The position numbers were made by a program, and so were the translations under genes. Positions 44,020-53,952 of a stretch of DNA of 64,000 bases are shown one piece after another; position 1 is the stretch's first letter; every line of letters starts with the position of its first letter. Where the stretch lies: assembly GCA_002449145.1 (NCBI GenBank), contig DKCG01000026.1, forward strand, positions 82,608 to 146,607, given 5' to 3'. This DNA comes from Christensenella sp. UBA6880. GTDB lineage: Bacteria > Bacillota > Clostridia > Christensenellales > CAG-917. The notes under the pieces were generated by a model. It worked only from the letters and a program-made list of their open reading frames with translations, was not told the origin of the DNA and did not search any database.

Positions 44020-45971
44020 AATTTGAACTGGTCAGTAAATACAAGCCTACGGGCGACCAACCCGAGGCTATAAACAAAATCGTTGAGGGTCTGAAAGACG
44101 GATTCAACACCGAAGTTTTGCTGGGCGTTACGGGCTCGGGCAAAACTTTTACTATGGCGAACATTATCGAGCGTATGCAAAAACCGACGCTCGTCATCGC
44201 GCACAACAAGACTCTTGCGGCGCAACTTTGCAACGAACTTCGCGAGTTCTTCCCGAAAAACAGAGTTGAGTTTTTCGTTTCCTATTACGACTATTATCAG
44301 CCCGAAGCGTACATTCCTCGCACGGACACGTACATCGAAAAAGACTTGCAAGTCAACGAGGAAATCGACAAACTGCGCAACTCCGCCACCGCCTCGCTTT
44401 GCGAGAGAGAGGACACTATCGTCGTTGCGAGCGTATCCTGCATTTACGGCTTGGGTGCGCCGACCGACTATTTTGAAAATTCAATATCCTTGCGTGAAGG
44501 CGATGAAATCGACCGCGACGAACTTGCTCGCCGCCTCGTAGACATTCAGTACAAGAGGGCGGATTTGGATTTCGTACGTTCAACGTTCCGTATGCGCGGC
44601 GATACGGTGGACATTTTCCCGTCCACGAGTTCGGAAGTGGCGGTCAGAATCGAGATGTTCGGCGACACCGTCGAGCGCATTTGCGAGATTGACGGCACGA
44701 CGTCCAAAGTGCTTAACGAACTCAAGCACACCTTGATTTTCCCTGCGACGCAGTACGTCATAAGCGGCGATAAAGAGGCGATTTTGCGCCGCATTATGCT
44801 CGACAAAGCCGAGCGTGTAAAATATTTCGAGGAAAGGGGAAAACTCATAGAGGCGCAACGCATAGACGAGAGAGTCAACTACGACGTCGAGATGATTCGA
44901 GAAGTCGGATATTGCAGCGGAATCGAAAACTATTCGCGCTACTTCGACGGCAGACAACCCGGGCAAGCACCGTACACGCTTCTCGACTTTTTCGGCAAGG
45001 ACTTCATCACGTTTATAGACGAAAGTCATATGACCATTCCGCAAATCCGCGCTATGTACAACGGCGACAGAGCGAGAAAGGATAACCTTGTCGAGTACGG
45101 CTTCCGACTTCCGTCGGCGTACGACAACAGACCTTTGCGATTTGAGGAATTTGACGCACGCATACGCCAACTCGTGTGTATGTCCGCAACGCCCGCGCAG
45201 TACGAACTCGACAGAGCCGACCTCGTTGCCGAGCAGATTATAAGGCCGACGGGACTTTTGGATCCCGAAATTGAAATAAAGCCCATCGACGGACAAATCG
45301 ACGACCTCATAGGCGAGATAAACGCCGTCGTGAAGAACAAGGGCAGAGTGCTCGTTACGACCCTCACCAAAAAGATGGCGGAAAACCTTACGGACTATCT
45401 CAAAGAATCCGGAATCAAAGTGCGCTATATGCACTCGGACATCGACACGCTCGAACGTATCGACATAGTGAAAGGACTGCGCGAGGGCGAGTTCGACGTG
45501 CTTGTGGGCATCAATCTTTTGCGTGAAGGTCTCGACCTTCCCGAAGTGCAACTCGTCGCCATACTCGACGCGGACAAGGAAGGCTTTTTGAGAAGCGAGA
45601 GCGCGCTCATTCAAACCATAGGCAGAGCGGCGAGAAACGACAAGGGCAAAGTGATTATGTACGCCGACACTATCACGCAAAGCATGCAAAAGGCGTATGA
45701 CGAAACTATGCGCCGAAGAAAGATTCAAGACGAGTACAACAAGGCGCACGGCATAGTGCCAAAGACGGTCGTAAGCGCAATCAAAAATTCGCTTGAAATC
45801 ACCAAAAAGGCAGTTAATAGCGAGAAATTGAGCGTTAAAGATATGATTAAGGAAGTTGAACGACTTAAAGGTCTTATGCAAGTCGCCGCCGAAAGACTGG
45901 ATTTTGAAAAGGCGATTCTCATTCGCGACGAACTGAACGACCTTAAAAAGCAAATCAAAAAACTGAGTTGA
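44016..45971 (+). CDS. uvrB: excinuclease ABC subunit B
   Basis: Walker [10 protein letters not shown], helicase motifs, and the C-terminal UVR domain [16 protein letters not shown]. Confidence 0.95.
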   Translation: MKFELVSKYKPTGDQPEAINKIVEGLKDGFNTEVLLGVTGSGKTFTMANIIERMQKPTLVIAHNKTLAAQLCNELREFFPKNRVEFFVSYYDYYQPEAYIPRTDTYIEKDLQVNEEIDKLRNSATASLCEREDTIVVASVSCIYGLGAPTDYFENSISLREGDEIDRDELARRLVDIQYKRADLDFVRSTFRMRGDTVDIFPSTSSEVAVRIEMFGDTVERICEIDGTTSKVLNELKHTLIFPATQYVISGDKEAILRRIMLDKAERVKYFEERGKLIEAQRIDERVNYDVEMIREVGYCSGIENYSRYFDGRQPGQAPYTLLDFFGKDFITFIDESHMTIPQIRAMYNGDRARKDNLVEYGFRLPSAYDNRPLRFEEFDARIRQLVCMSATPAQYELDRADLVAEQIIRPTGLLDPEIEIKPIDGQIDDLIGEINAVVKNKGRVLVTTLTKKMAENLTDYLKESGIKVRYMHSDIDTLERIDIVKGLREGEFDVLVGINLLREGLDLPEVQLVAILDADKEGFLRSESALIQTIGRAARNDKGKVIMYADTITQSMQKAYDETMRRRKIQDEYNKAHGIVPKTVVSAIKNSLEITKKAVNSEKLSVKDMIKEVERLKGLMQVAAERLDFEKAILIRDELNDLKKQIKKLS

Positions 45972-46086
45972 CAAAGGAAAATCGAAAGAAAAAACAAGGC
46001 AAAATAGGACAAAATAACAACGATAAAAAGGAGCGTAAAAAGTGTAAAAACGGACTTTTTGCGCAAGGCATATTTAGAAAAAAACT

Positions 46087-48903
46087 ATGAGTATCGACAA
46101 AATTTACATCAAAGGCGCGAGGGAAAACAACCTCAAAAACATCGACCTAGAAATACCGCGCGACAAACTCGTCGTGTTCACGGGATTGAGCGGAAGCGGC
46201 AAATCGTCGCTTGCGTTCGACACCATTTTTGCGGAAGGACAAAGACGTTACGTCGAAAGCCTTTCCAGTTACGCGCGTATGTTCCTCGGTCAAATGCAAA
46301 AACCCGACGTGGACTACATCGAAGGTCTTTCCCCCGCCGTTTCAATCGACCAAAAAACGACCTCGCACAACCCTCGCTCGACCGTGGGTACGGTGACGGA
46401 AATTTACGACTATTTTCGCTTGCTGTTTGCAAGAATCGGCACGCCGCATTGCCCCAAGTGCGGACGTGAAATCGAACGTCAAACGGTTGACCAAATCTGC
46501 GACAAGATTATGGAAAGAGAGGGCTCAAAACTTCAACTTCTCGCACCCGTCGTGAGAGGTAGAAAGGGCGAGTACCGCAAGGAACTCGAACAATTCAAGC
46601 GCGCGGGCTACGTCCGCGTAAGGGTGGACGGGGTGAACTACACCCTCGACGAGGAAATAAAACTCGACAAAAACGTCAAGCACAACATAAGCGTGGTTAT
46701 CGACAGAATCGTGGTTAAGGACGGTTCGCAACGCCGCATATCCGATGCAATCGAAAACGCGATAAAACTGTCCGAAGGGCTTGTGATTGCCGACTTCGAC
46801 GGCGAAGAAGTGCTTTATTCCACGAAGTACGCTTGCCCCGATTGCGATTTGAGTTTCGAGGAACTCACGCCGAGGTTGTTCTCGTTCAACAATCCGTACG
46901 GCGCGTGTCCCGAATGCGGCGGACTCGGATTCCGCAACGAAATCGACGTAAATCTGCTCGTCACCGACTGGAACAAATCCCTCAGAGAGGGCGCGATAAA
47001 GGTAAGCGGCTGGGACGCGGGACATATGTCGCAAATGCAGTTCAGGGCGCTTTCGCAAGCGTACGGATTTTCTCTCGATACGCCGATTAAAGACTTGCCG
47101 CAAAATATCCTCGACATCATCTTTTACGGCAACGACGGCGACCGTATTCCTATGGAATACAACTCGCGCACGTTCAGTGGTTTCTACAAGGCGAGTTACG
47201 AGGGCGTTGCGAGAAACCTTATGCGCCGATTCAACGAAACGGACAGCGAACTCATAAAGAACGAGATTTCCAAGTATATGAAAGAAGTGCCTTGCTCCAA
47301 GTGCGGCGGAAAGAGGCTCAAACCCGAAGCCCTCGCAGTCACGATTGCGGGCAAGAATATATACGAACTCACCGAGATGTCCATATCGAAACTCAAAGAC
47401 TTTATGCAGTCTCTTACGCTCACCGACACGCAACATCTTATTGCGGACAGAATTATCAAAGAGATTTGCGCAAGGCTCGACTTTTTGATTAACGTAGGAC
47501 TGGATTATCTAACTCTTTCGCGTTCGGCAACCACTTTGAGCGGCGGCGAGTCGCAACGAATCCGCCTTGCAACCCAAATCGGAAGCGGACTTACGGGCGT
47601 TTTGTACATTCTCGACGAGCCGAGCATAGGCTTGCACCAAAAGGATAATCAACGCCTTTTGCAATCCCTCAAAAATTTGCGCGATATAGGCAACACTCTC
47701 ATCGTCGTCGAACACGACGAGGAAACCATACGCAGTGCGGATTATATCGTCGATATAGGCCCGGGCGCGGGCGTACACGGCGGCAACGTCGTTGCGCGCG
47801 GTAGCGTCGAGGACGTCATAAAGAGCAAGGACAGCATAACGGGCAAGTATCTGAGCGGCGAACTCTCGATACCCGTTCCCATTGCAAGACGCTCGTCAAA
47901 CGGCAAGTCAATCGTCATAAAGGGCGCAAGACAAAACAACCTCAAAAACGTTGACGTCGAGATTCCGCTCGGCGTATTCAACTGCGTAACGGGCGTGTCG
48001 GGCAGCGGCAAATCCTCGCTCGTCAACGAAGTGCTTTATCCCGCGCTTTCAAACGCGCTTATGCGCTCGAACGTCAAACAAGGCAACTACGACAGTATCG
48101 AGGGCATCGAAAACGTGGACAAGGTCATTTGCATAGACCAAAGCCCGATAGGCAAAACGCCTCGCTCGAACCCCGCAACGTATACGGGCGTTTTCGGCGA
48201 TATTAGGGAACTGTTCGCAACCCTTCCCGATTCCAAAGCGAGAGGCTACACCGCGGGCAGATTTTCCTTCAACGTCAACGGCGGCAGATGCGAGCATTGC
48301 GGCGGCGACGGCATAATCAAAATCGAAATGCACTTCCTTCCCGACGTGTACGTTCCTTGCGAAGTCTGCAAGGGTGCAAGATACAACCGCGAAACCCTCG
48401 AAGTGCGCTACAAAGGCAAAAATATCAGCGACGTGCTCGATATGACAATCGAGGAAGCCACCGAGTTCTTTGCCAACATACCCAAAATCAAAAACAAAAT
48501 CAAAACCCTCAACGACGTCGGTCTCGGCTACGTCAAACTCGGTCAGTCCTCAACCACTTTGAGCGGCGGCGAAGCGCAACGCGTCAAACTCGCAACCGAA
48601 CTTTCTCGCCGTTCCACCGGCAAAACCGTCTATATCCTCGACGAACCGACGACCGGACTTCACACCCACGACGTTGCCAAACTCATCACCATTCTCGACC
48701 GTCTCGTCGAGCAAGGCAACACCGTCGTCGTTATCGAGCATAATCTCGACGTCGTCAAAGTTGCCGACAACATCATCGACCTCGGACCCGACGGCGGCGA
48801 CCGCGGCGGAACGATAGTCGCGCAAGGAACACCGGAAGAGGTTGCACTTGTGGCTCGTTCATACACCGGTCAATTCCTTAAAACCGTGCTATTTGGCGAA
48901 TAA
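46087..48903 (+). CDS. uvrA: excinuclease ABC subunit A
   Basis: [23 protein letters not shown], two ABC modules ([16 protein letters not shown]) and zinc-finger cysteines. Confidence 0.95.
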   Translation: MSIDKIYIKGARENNLKNIDLEIPRDKLVVFTGLSGSGKSSLAFDTIFAEGQRRYVESLSSYARMFLGQMQKPDVDYIEGLSPAVSIDQKTTSHNPRSTVGTVTEIYDYFRLLFARIGTPHCPKCGREIERQTVDQICDKIMEREGSKLQLLAPVVRGRKGEYRKELEQFKRAGYVRVRVDGVNYTLDEEIKLDKNVKHNISVVIDRIVVKDGSQRRISDAIENAIKLSEGLVIADFDGEEVLYSTKYACPDCDLSFEELTPRLFSFNNPYGACPECGGLGFRNEIDVNLLVTDWNKSLREGAIKVSGWDAGHMSQMQFRALSQAYGFSLDTPIKDLPQNILDIIFYGNDGDRIPMEYNSRTFSGFYKASYEGVARNLMRRFNETDSELIKNEISKYMKEVPCSKCGGKRLKPEALAVTIAGKNIYELTEMSISKLKDFMQSLTLTDTQHLIADRIIKEICARLDFLINVGLDYLTLSRSATTLSGGESQRIRLATQIGSGLTGVLYILDEPSIGLHQKDNQRLLQSLKNLRDIGNTLIVVEHDEETIRSADYIVDIGPGAGVHGGNVVARGSVEDVIKSKDSITGKYLSGELSIPVPIARRSSNGKSIVIKGARQNNLKNVDVEIPLGVFNCVTGVSGSGKSSLVNEVLYPALSNALMRSNVKQGNYDSIEGIENVDKVICIDQSPIGKTPRSNPATYTGVFGDIRELFATLPDSKARGYTAGRFSFNVNGGRCEHCGGDGIIKIEMHFLPDVYVPCEVCKGARYNRETLEVRYKGKNISDVLDMTIEEATEFFANIPKIKNKIKTLNDVGLGYVKLGQSSTTLSGGEAQRVKLATELSRRSTGKTVYILDEPTTGLHTHDVAKLITILDRLVEQGNTVVVIEHNLDVVKVADNIIDLGPDGGDRGGTIVAQGTPEEVALVARSYTGQFLKTVLFGE

Positions 48904-49165
48904 CTGCGTCAATAAATGTGCGTATTAGCAGACGGAACACGAGCCGCAAGGCGGCGAGCCTATGAGCGCCGAACTTGACGGACAGTACAAGCGACTGCGC
49001 CGTCTGTTGGCCACTGCCTGGCGCACAAAGCGCAGTGGCATAATGAGAGAACGATACTTTTCTATGTGAGTGCCGACTTCCCCTCTTGCGAACGATGTGC
49101 AATATTGTAGAAAATTGGCGTAGGTTTGAGCAATAGGGGAAAGCCCGAAGGGAAGGGGTGATGTG
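48888..49165 (+). repeat. 17-mer left block (48888-48904, containing the uvrA stop) plus compact repeat module T1 (48915-49165)
   Basis: GCTATTTGGCGAATAAC is identical to 20864-20880. The T1 body is near-identical to the shared blocks of 6003-6464. Confidence 0.85.
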
Positions 49166-49229
49166 TTTTTTTTGGGTACACGATGAACACTCGTGTATAA
49201 AAAGAAACGAATATGAAGAGGGTAACTCT

Positions 49230-50069
49230 ATGATAAAACTTGTAGACTTCTTGAATATCGAAGATTGCGACTTGGCAAAGTATAAAATCCATTTCGCTAT
49301 CGGAACAAAAGATAAAAACGAACCCTATCAAATCTTCTTGACGGGCGGTTTCGACGAGTGGCAAAGCATACAAACCAACAAGAATTTCAATTTGGATTAT
49401 GTCGTTTCTCTCGTCTATTACAAGAAAAATATTTGGATGTTTGCGGGCGTATTCAAAGTAAACGGCGAACCGTGCGAAATAGAGTATAAAGGCAAGCGAC
49501 ATTGGAAGTATGCTTTGGAAAAAACCGACGTTCAAAGCGATATGATAGGCAAGTGCTTTTTCGAGTACAAGAAAGAATTTCGCGCGTCCTATCCGACAAT
49601 GACGTTAAAGCCGAAAAACGGCGCAGCGTTGAGCGATATTCAAATTGCTTTTATAAACGAAAAGCGCGCGACGATAAACGATTTCGACGGTTTCGACAAA
49701 ATCAATATTCCGTATTCGACATTAAAATATATCGTTGACAACAACTTGCCGTCTTGGAAAACCGCTCTTTCAAACGTGAAAGGCGTGTACATAATCGTCG
49801 ATACCAAAAACGGAAAACAATATGTCGGAAGCGCATACGGCAACGAGTGCATTTGGCAACGCTGGCAAGCGTATGCAAAAACGGGACACGGCGGAAACGC
49901 CGAACTGAAAAAGATTCTCGAACAGCACGGCGAGGATTACAAAAACAATTTCAAATATTCGATTTTGGAAGTGTGCAACTTAAATCTCGGCAACGATTAC
50001 GTCATAGCGCGAGAGTCGTACTGGAAAGAAGTTTTGATGACAAGAGAGTACGGATTAAACAAAAACTAA
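49230..50069 (+). CDS. GIY-YIG nuclease-domain protein with an uncharacterised ~190-aa N-terminal domain
   Basis: The C-terminal KGVYIIVDTKNGKQYVGSAYG...RWQAY...NFKYSILEV...RESYWKEVL fits GIY-YIG (GIY, YIG, Arg, Glu positions). GAAGAGGG is the SD before the ATG at 49230. The gene is visibly AT-rich. Confidence 0.75.
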   Translation: MIKLVDFLNIEDCDLAKYKIHFAIGTKDKNEPYQIFLTGGFDEWQSIQTNKNFNLDYVVSLVYYKKNIWMFAGVFKVNGEPCEIEYKGKRHWKYALEKTDVQSDMIGKCFFEYKKEFRASYPTMTLKPKNGAALSDIQIAFINEKRATINDFDGFDKINIPYSTLKYIVDNNLPSWKTALSNVKGVYIIVDTKNGKQYVGSAYGNECIWQRWQAYAKTGHGGNAELKKILEQHGEDYKNNFKYSILEVCNLNLGNDYVIARESYWKEVLMTREYGLNKN

Positions 50070-50074
50070 TAAAT

Positions 50075-50108
50075 AAAAAATCGAGCAATGCGCTCGATTT
50101 TTTTGTTC
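50075..50108. terminator. bidirectional terminator
   Basis: A-run, stem TCGAGC (50081-50086) paired with GCTCGA (50092-50097), then a T-run. Confidence 0.65.
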
Positions 50109-50120
50109 GTTTTTTATTGG

Positions 50121-50933
50121 TTATTTCTCGATTCCGAATGAGTTTTTGAGCATAAAGCGGATTAATGATTCGACGGAAGGGATTTCGCGAGCGGACGTTT
50201 GCACGAATCCGTACATCGCAAGAGTGGTGTCGCACACGTACGAGATTGAGGGCGTTTCGTCCAAGCAACTCTTTGCGGTTTGTGTGAGTATATCGCCGAA
50301 AAGGGCGGTTGTGACGACAACGTCGAGCGAGGTCGGATTCGAGATTATCGCGTCTACGGTTGCCGAAACGTCTTGCATATCCACCGACACGAAAGGATAA
50401 TCTTCGTTGACGTCGGCAACGATTTTGCGCCACAGTTTGGAAGTGGTGAGTTTGTCCGCTTTGTCGGCAAGCGTAAGCGTGCGGCGAGAGTCGTTTGCAA
50501 GTTCGTACGCAACGCGTGCGGTGCGCTCGATTTCAAGTTCGCTGTACCTTTCGACGTCGTATGCTTCGCGACCGAAAGCGGCGTTGTTGGCAAAGCCTTT
50601 TTCGCCCTCGTATATTCCGCCGTTTTTGTCTTGAACGATACAAAAACCGTGGTTTACGTCGTCGTTTCGACGTGAAAAAGCCGTGATTTGCGCATATAAG
50701 CCGAGTTGTTTGCGTACGGAATCGACGGCGAGTTCTTCTTGCTTATTGCTTGCAAAAAACAAGATTGCGTTTGCCGATTTCGCCTTTTCGATTACGTTTT
50801 CGTCGGACAAATTCATCGTTTGAAAATCAAACTTGACGTACTCGTTTTCGTATGCGGAAACGGTCTTTTTCGCTTTCTCGAAAAAGTCGGTTGCAAAGTC
50901 GTTGTTCGTGTTTATCAAAAGTATGTCGTTCAT
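50121..50933 (-). CDS. isocitrate/isopropylmalate dehydrogenase-family protein, short divergent form
   Basis: The central and C-terminal regions parallel LeuB/Icd (..IVQDKNGGIYEGE.., ..ADKADKLTTSKLWRK.., ..TTALFGDILTQ..). The N-terminal GDGIGPE-type loop is absent, and the protein is only 270 aa. Confidence 0.6.
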   Translation of the reverse strand: MNDILLINTNNDFATDFFEKAKKTVSAYENEYVKFDFQTMNLSDENVIEKAKSANAILFFASNKQEELAVDSVRKQLGLYAQITAFSRRNDDVNHGFCIVQDKNGGIYEGEKGFANNAAFGREAYDVERYSELEIERTARVAYELANDSRRTLTLADKADKLTTSKLWRKIVADVNEDYPFVSVDMQDVSATVDAIISNPTSLDVVVTTALFGDILTQTAKSCLDETPSISYVCDTTLAMYGFVQTSAREIPSVESLIRFMLKNSFGIEK

Positions 50934-51195
50934 ATGCGCGCGTTTATTATATTTGTTAGAATAAGGATATATTAAACCAAATAAAAAAGCGGGTCAAACG
51001 GTATTTTGTGCGCGATTATGCGTATAATCTGTCAAAAATGTATAAATATACCGAATAATTATAAATTTATTCATAAAATTCAAAAAAATATAAAAATTTT
51101 GATAAATTTTATGCAAAAACGGTTGCAAAAATAAATGTTGCTTGCTATTATATGTCGGTACGTTAAAAATATAAGTTTTTCGGAGATATAAAACT

Positions 51196-52074
51196 ATGAA
51201 AAAAATGGCAAAAATCGTTGTTTCGTTTATGCTCGTCGCAGTGGTTATCGGCGCGAGTTTCGCGCTCGTTGCGTGCAATGGCGACGATAAAAATTACGTT
51301 GCCGTCGCGGCAATCGACCTTCTTCAAGAGGACTTCGGCATTGCCGTCAAAAAGGGCAACACGGCTCTTTTGAACGCTGTCAACGTCGTTGTCGACGAGT
51401 GGCTCGCAAACGGCAAAATGAATCAATATATGGATTACTATTCCGCGCTTGCAAACGAGGAAAAGGGCGGCGAGAGCGCAGTTGCGCCAGACGGATTGCA
51501 AACGAGTTGGGATTTCGGTTCGGCAACCGAAGTCGTGACTATGTACACCGAATCGGGTTTTGCGCCGTACGAGTTCTACAAGGGCGAAAACATCGTCGGA
51601 CTCGACGTTGCGATTATGTCGCAAGTTGCCGTCAGTCTCGGCAAAAAACTCGAAGTGAAAGACGTGGTGTTTGACGTCGTTGCGACGAACGTTGCAAATT
51701 CGACGGGCGACGCTGTCGGCGCGGCGGGAATCACAATCAACGACGAGCGTAAGCAAATCGTTGATTTCAGCAACGTGTATTCGAGTTCCACTCTCGTCAT
51801 CGTGTCAGAAAACGGTCAGTATTCGAGCGTCAAGGACCTTGCGGGCAAAACCGTAGGTGTGCAAGAAGGCACGAGCGGCGACCTCATAATCAGCGCGGCA
51901 AAGGGTGCGGGATATACCTATGAAAACGAGGACGGACAAGACGTCACCGTCACGGCGGCGGGCGCGACCGTCAAGCAATACAAGCAATACGCGCTCGCTT
52001 TGCAAGACCTCAAAAACGGACGCATCGACGCAATTCTTATGGACAAAATCCCTGCCGAATTGATGCTCAAATAA
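51196..52074 (+). CDS. amino-acid ABC transporter substrate-binding lipoprotein
   Basis: Lipobox LVAC-N, and PBP type-2 patterns (GLDVAIM.., ..VDFSNVY.., GRIDAILMD). Confidence 0.8.
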   Translation: MKKMAKIVVSFMLVAVVIGASFALVACNGDDKNYVAVAAIDLLQEDFGIAVKKGNTALLNAVNVVVDEWLANGKMNQYMDYYSALANEEKGGESAVAPDGLQTSWDFGSATEVVTMYTESGFAPYEFYKGENIVGLDVAIMSQVAVSLGKKLEVKDVVFDVVATNVANSTGDAVGAAGITINDERKQIVDFSNVYSSSTLVIVSENGQYSSVKDLAGKTVGVQEGTSGDLIISAAKGAGYTYENEDGQDVTVTAAGATVKQYKQYALALQDLKNGRIDAILMDKIPAELMLK

Positions 52075-52093
52075 TGCCGAAACGGGTGATATA

Positions 52094-52843
52094 ATGATTC
52101 TTTCAGCAACGATTTCCGAGCGGCTTTACCGCGCGTTCATATACGACGACAGATACAAACTGTATTTTCAAGGACTTGGAAACACACTGCTCATCGCTTT
52201 GCTTGCCACGCTCATAGGCGTGGCTATCGGCGTAGTTTTGGCAATGATAAACTACGTCAGCAAAAAAACGGGCAAACTCAAAGTGCTTTCGACGATATCC
52301 AAAACGTACATAATGATTATTCGCGGCACGCCCGTAGTGCTTCAACTGTTCATAATGTACTTCGTGGTGCTTGCCTCGTCCGACAACGGCATTTTCATAG
52401 GCGCGTTGACGTTCGGACTCAATTCGGGCGCATACGTTGCCGAGATAGTAAGGGCGGGCTTTGAAAGCGTTGATTACGGACAAATGGAAGCGGGCAGGTC
52501 GCTCGGTATGTCCACGTCGCAAACTATGATAAAGGTCGTCACGCCGCAAGCGGTGCGCAACGTGTTGCCCCCACTTTTCAACGAGTTTATAACACTCGTC
52601 AAGGAAACGGCAATCGTCGGCTACGTCGGCATACTCGACCTCGGCAAAGTCCCCGGGATTATCCAATCGAGGACGTTCGATTATCTTTTCCCGCTCTTGA
52701 TTGCGGCGTGTATGTATCTGATAATCGTTATGGGGCTTACGGGCATACTCAAACTCGTGGAAAAGCAGATGGCAAAGACCGACCGCAACTATACGCGCAT
52801 TAAAGTGCGCGGCAAGAAAAAAGAATTTATCGAGGAGGCGTAA
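52094..52843 (+). CDS. amino-acid ABC transporter permease (HisMQ family)
   Basis: TM protein with the EAA-loop region EAGRSLGMSTSQTMIKVVTPQAVRNVLPPL. Confidence 0.85.
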   Translation: MILSATISERLYRAFIYDDRYKLYFQGLGNTLLIALLATLIGVAIGVVLAMINYVSKKTGKLKVLSTISKTYIMIIRGTPVVLQLFIMYFVVLASSDNGIFIGALTFGLNSGAYVAEIVRAGFESVDYGQMEAGRSLGMSTSQTMIKVVTPQAVRNVLPPLFNEFITLVKETAIVGYVGILDLGKVPGIIQSRTFDYLFPLLIAACMYLIIVMGLTGILKLVEKQMAKTDRNYTRIKVRGKKKEFIEEA

Positions 52844-52846
52844 GGT

Positions 52847-53914
52847 ATGTTGAGCGCAATAAATCTGACAAAAAAATTCGGCGATTTGCTCGTGCTCGAC
52901 GACATCACCGAAACGATAAACGAGGGTGAAAGGGTCGTAATCGTAGGTCCGAGCGGCGGAGGCAAATCAACGTTTTTGCGTTGCCTAAACTGCCTCGAAG
53001 ACCCGACCGCGGGCAAGATTATGTTCGACGGCGTGGACCTTGCCGACCTAAAAGTTGACATCAACGAACAGCGTGAAAAAATGGGTATGGTTTTTCAACA
53101 ATTCAACCTGTTTAACAATATGACTGTCAAGAAAAACATCACGCTCGCACCCGTTCAAATCGGCGTAAAAAATATGCGCAAAGCAAAGCGCAAAAACGCC
53201 TTCGTACCCGTGTACAACAAGTGGTATTCGCTTTTCGGCGCGGCGTACAACAAGAAAGTGGACAAAAAGGTCGAAACGCTCAAATCCAAACTTGAAACAT
53301 TAAATTCGCAACTTAAACCTATCGTTTCTGCGTGGGAAAGCACTAAATCGACGAAGGAAATAAGCGGCAAAACGTACGCCGTTTACGACCCTAAACTTAC
53401 CAAACAAAAACTCGGCTTGACTGAAAAAATCGAGCAGACCGAGCGCAAAATAACTCACGCTACTCACGCCGAGCCAAAGAGCGTTCAGCCTCTCGTTTAC
53501 ACTTCGAAAAAGCAAATCAAAGAGGATGCCGAAAAGCGTGCGGACGAACTTTTGAAACGCATAGGACTCGAAAGCAAAGCGGACGTTTATCCCTCGACTT
53601 TGAGCGGCGGACAGAAACAGCGCGTTGCAATCGCGCGTGCGCTTGCAATGAATCCCAAAGTTATGCTTTTCGACGAGCCTACGTCGGCGCTTGACCCCGA
53701 AATGGTGGGCGAGGTTCTCGACCTCATAAAGCAAGTTGCAAACGAGGGTATGACGATGGTTATCGTCACGCACGAAATGGCGTTTGCAAGAGAGGTCGGC
53801 ACGAGAATTTTGTTTATGGCGCAAGGCAAGATTTTGGAACAAGCCTCGCCCGAAGAATTCTTCACGAATCCGAAATGCGACAGACTTAAAGAGTTTTTGA
53901 GAAAGGTCTTATAA
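52847..53914 (+). CDS. amino-acid ABC transporter ATP-binding protein with a ~105-aa insertion
   Basis: Walker [10 protein letters not shown], signature LSGGQKQR and Walker [12 protein letters not shown]. There is extra sequence between ..ITLAPVQI.. and ..[16 protein letters not shown].. Confidence 0.85.
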   Translation: MLSAINLTKKFGDLLVLDDITETINEGERVVIVGPSGGGKSTFLRCLNCLEDPTAGKIMFDGVDLADLKVDINEQREKMGMVFQQFNLFNNMTVKKNITLAPVQIGVKNMRKAKRKNAFVPVYNKWYSLFGAAYNKKVDKKVETLKSKLETLNSQLKPIVSAWESTKSTKEISGKTYAVYDPKLTKQKLGLTEKIEQTERKITHATHAEPKSVQPLVYTSKKQIKEDAEKRADELLKRIGLESKADVYPSTLSGGQKQRVAIARALAMNPKVMLFDEPTSALDPEMVGEVLDLIKQVANEGMTMVIVTHEMAFAREVGTRILFMAQGKILEQASPEEFFTNPKCDRLKEFLRKVL

Positions 53915-53947
53915 AAAAATCCTCGCAAACTTGCGAGGATTTTTTTT
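53913..53947 (+). terminator. rho-independent terminator of the ABC operon
   Basis: Stem TCCTCGCAA / TTGCGAGGA followed by TTTTTTTT. Confidence 0.75.
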
Positions 53948-53952
53948 CAGTG

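Noticed and set aside
49128-49160. GGGGAAAGCCCGAAGGGAAGGGG as an RNase P RNA-like or SRP-like conserved core.
   Set aside because: It does not match the GAGGAAAGUCCGGGC P4 consensus or the SRP domain IV motif. It is present in several copies, which does not fit single-copy housekeeping RNAs.
48915-49165. T1 as an ORF-less group II intron, since copies begin near GTGCG/GTGCA/GTGCT.
   Set aside because: I saw no domain-V-like hairpin (AGC triad, GNRA loop and bulge) and no RT/maturase ORF. The size of about 250 nt is too small, and the copies are intergenic rather than interrupting genes.
49161-49229. Upstream ATG at 49161 (or GTG at 49158) as the GIY-YIG gene start.
   Set aside because: Its only SD-like sequence is the purine-rich terminus of repeat T1. 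The first 23 residues (MCFFWVHDEHSC...) look non-native. ATG at 49230 has a well-spaced GAAGAGGG. The alternative start is kept as a possibility in the finding.
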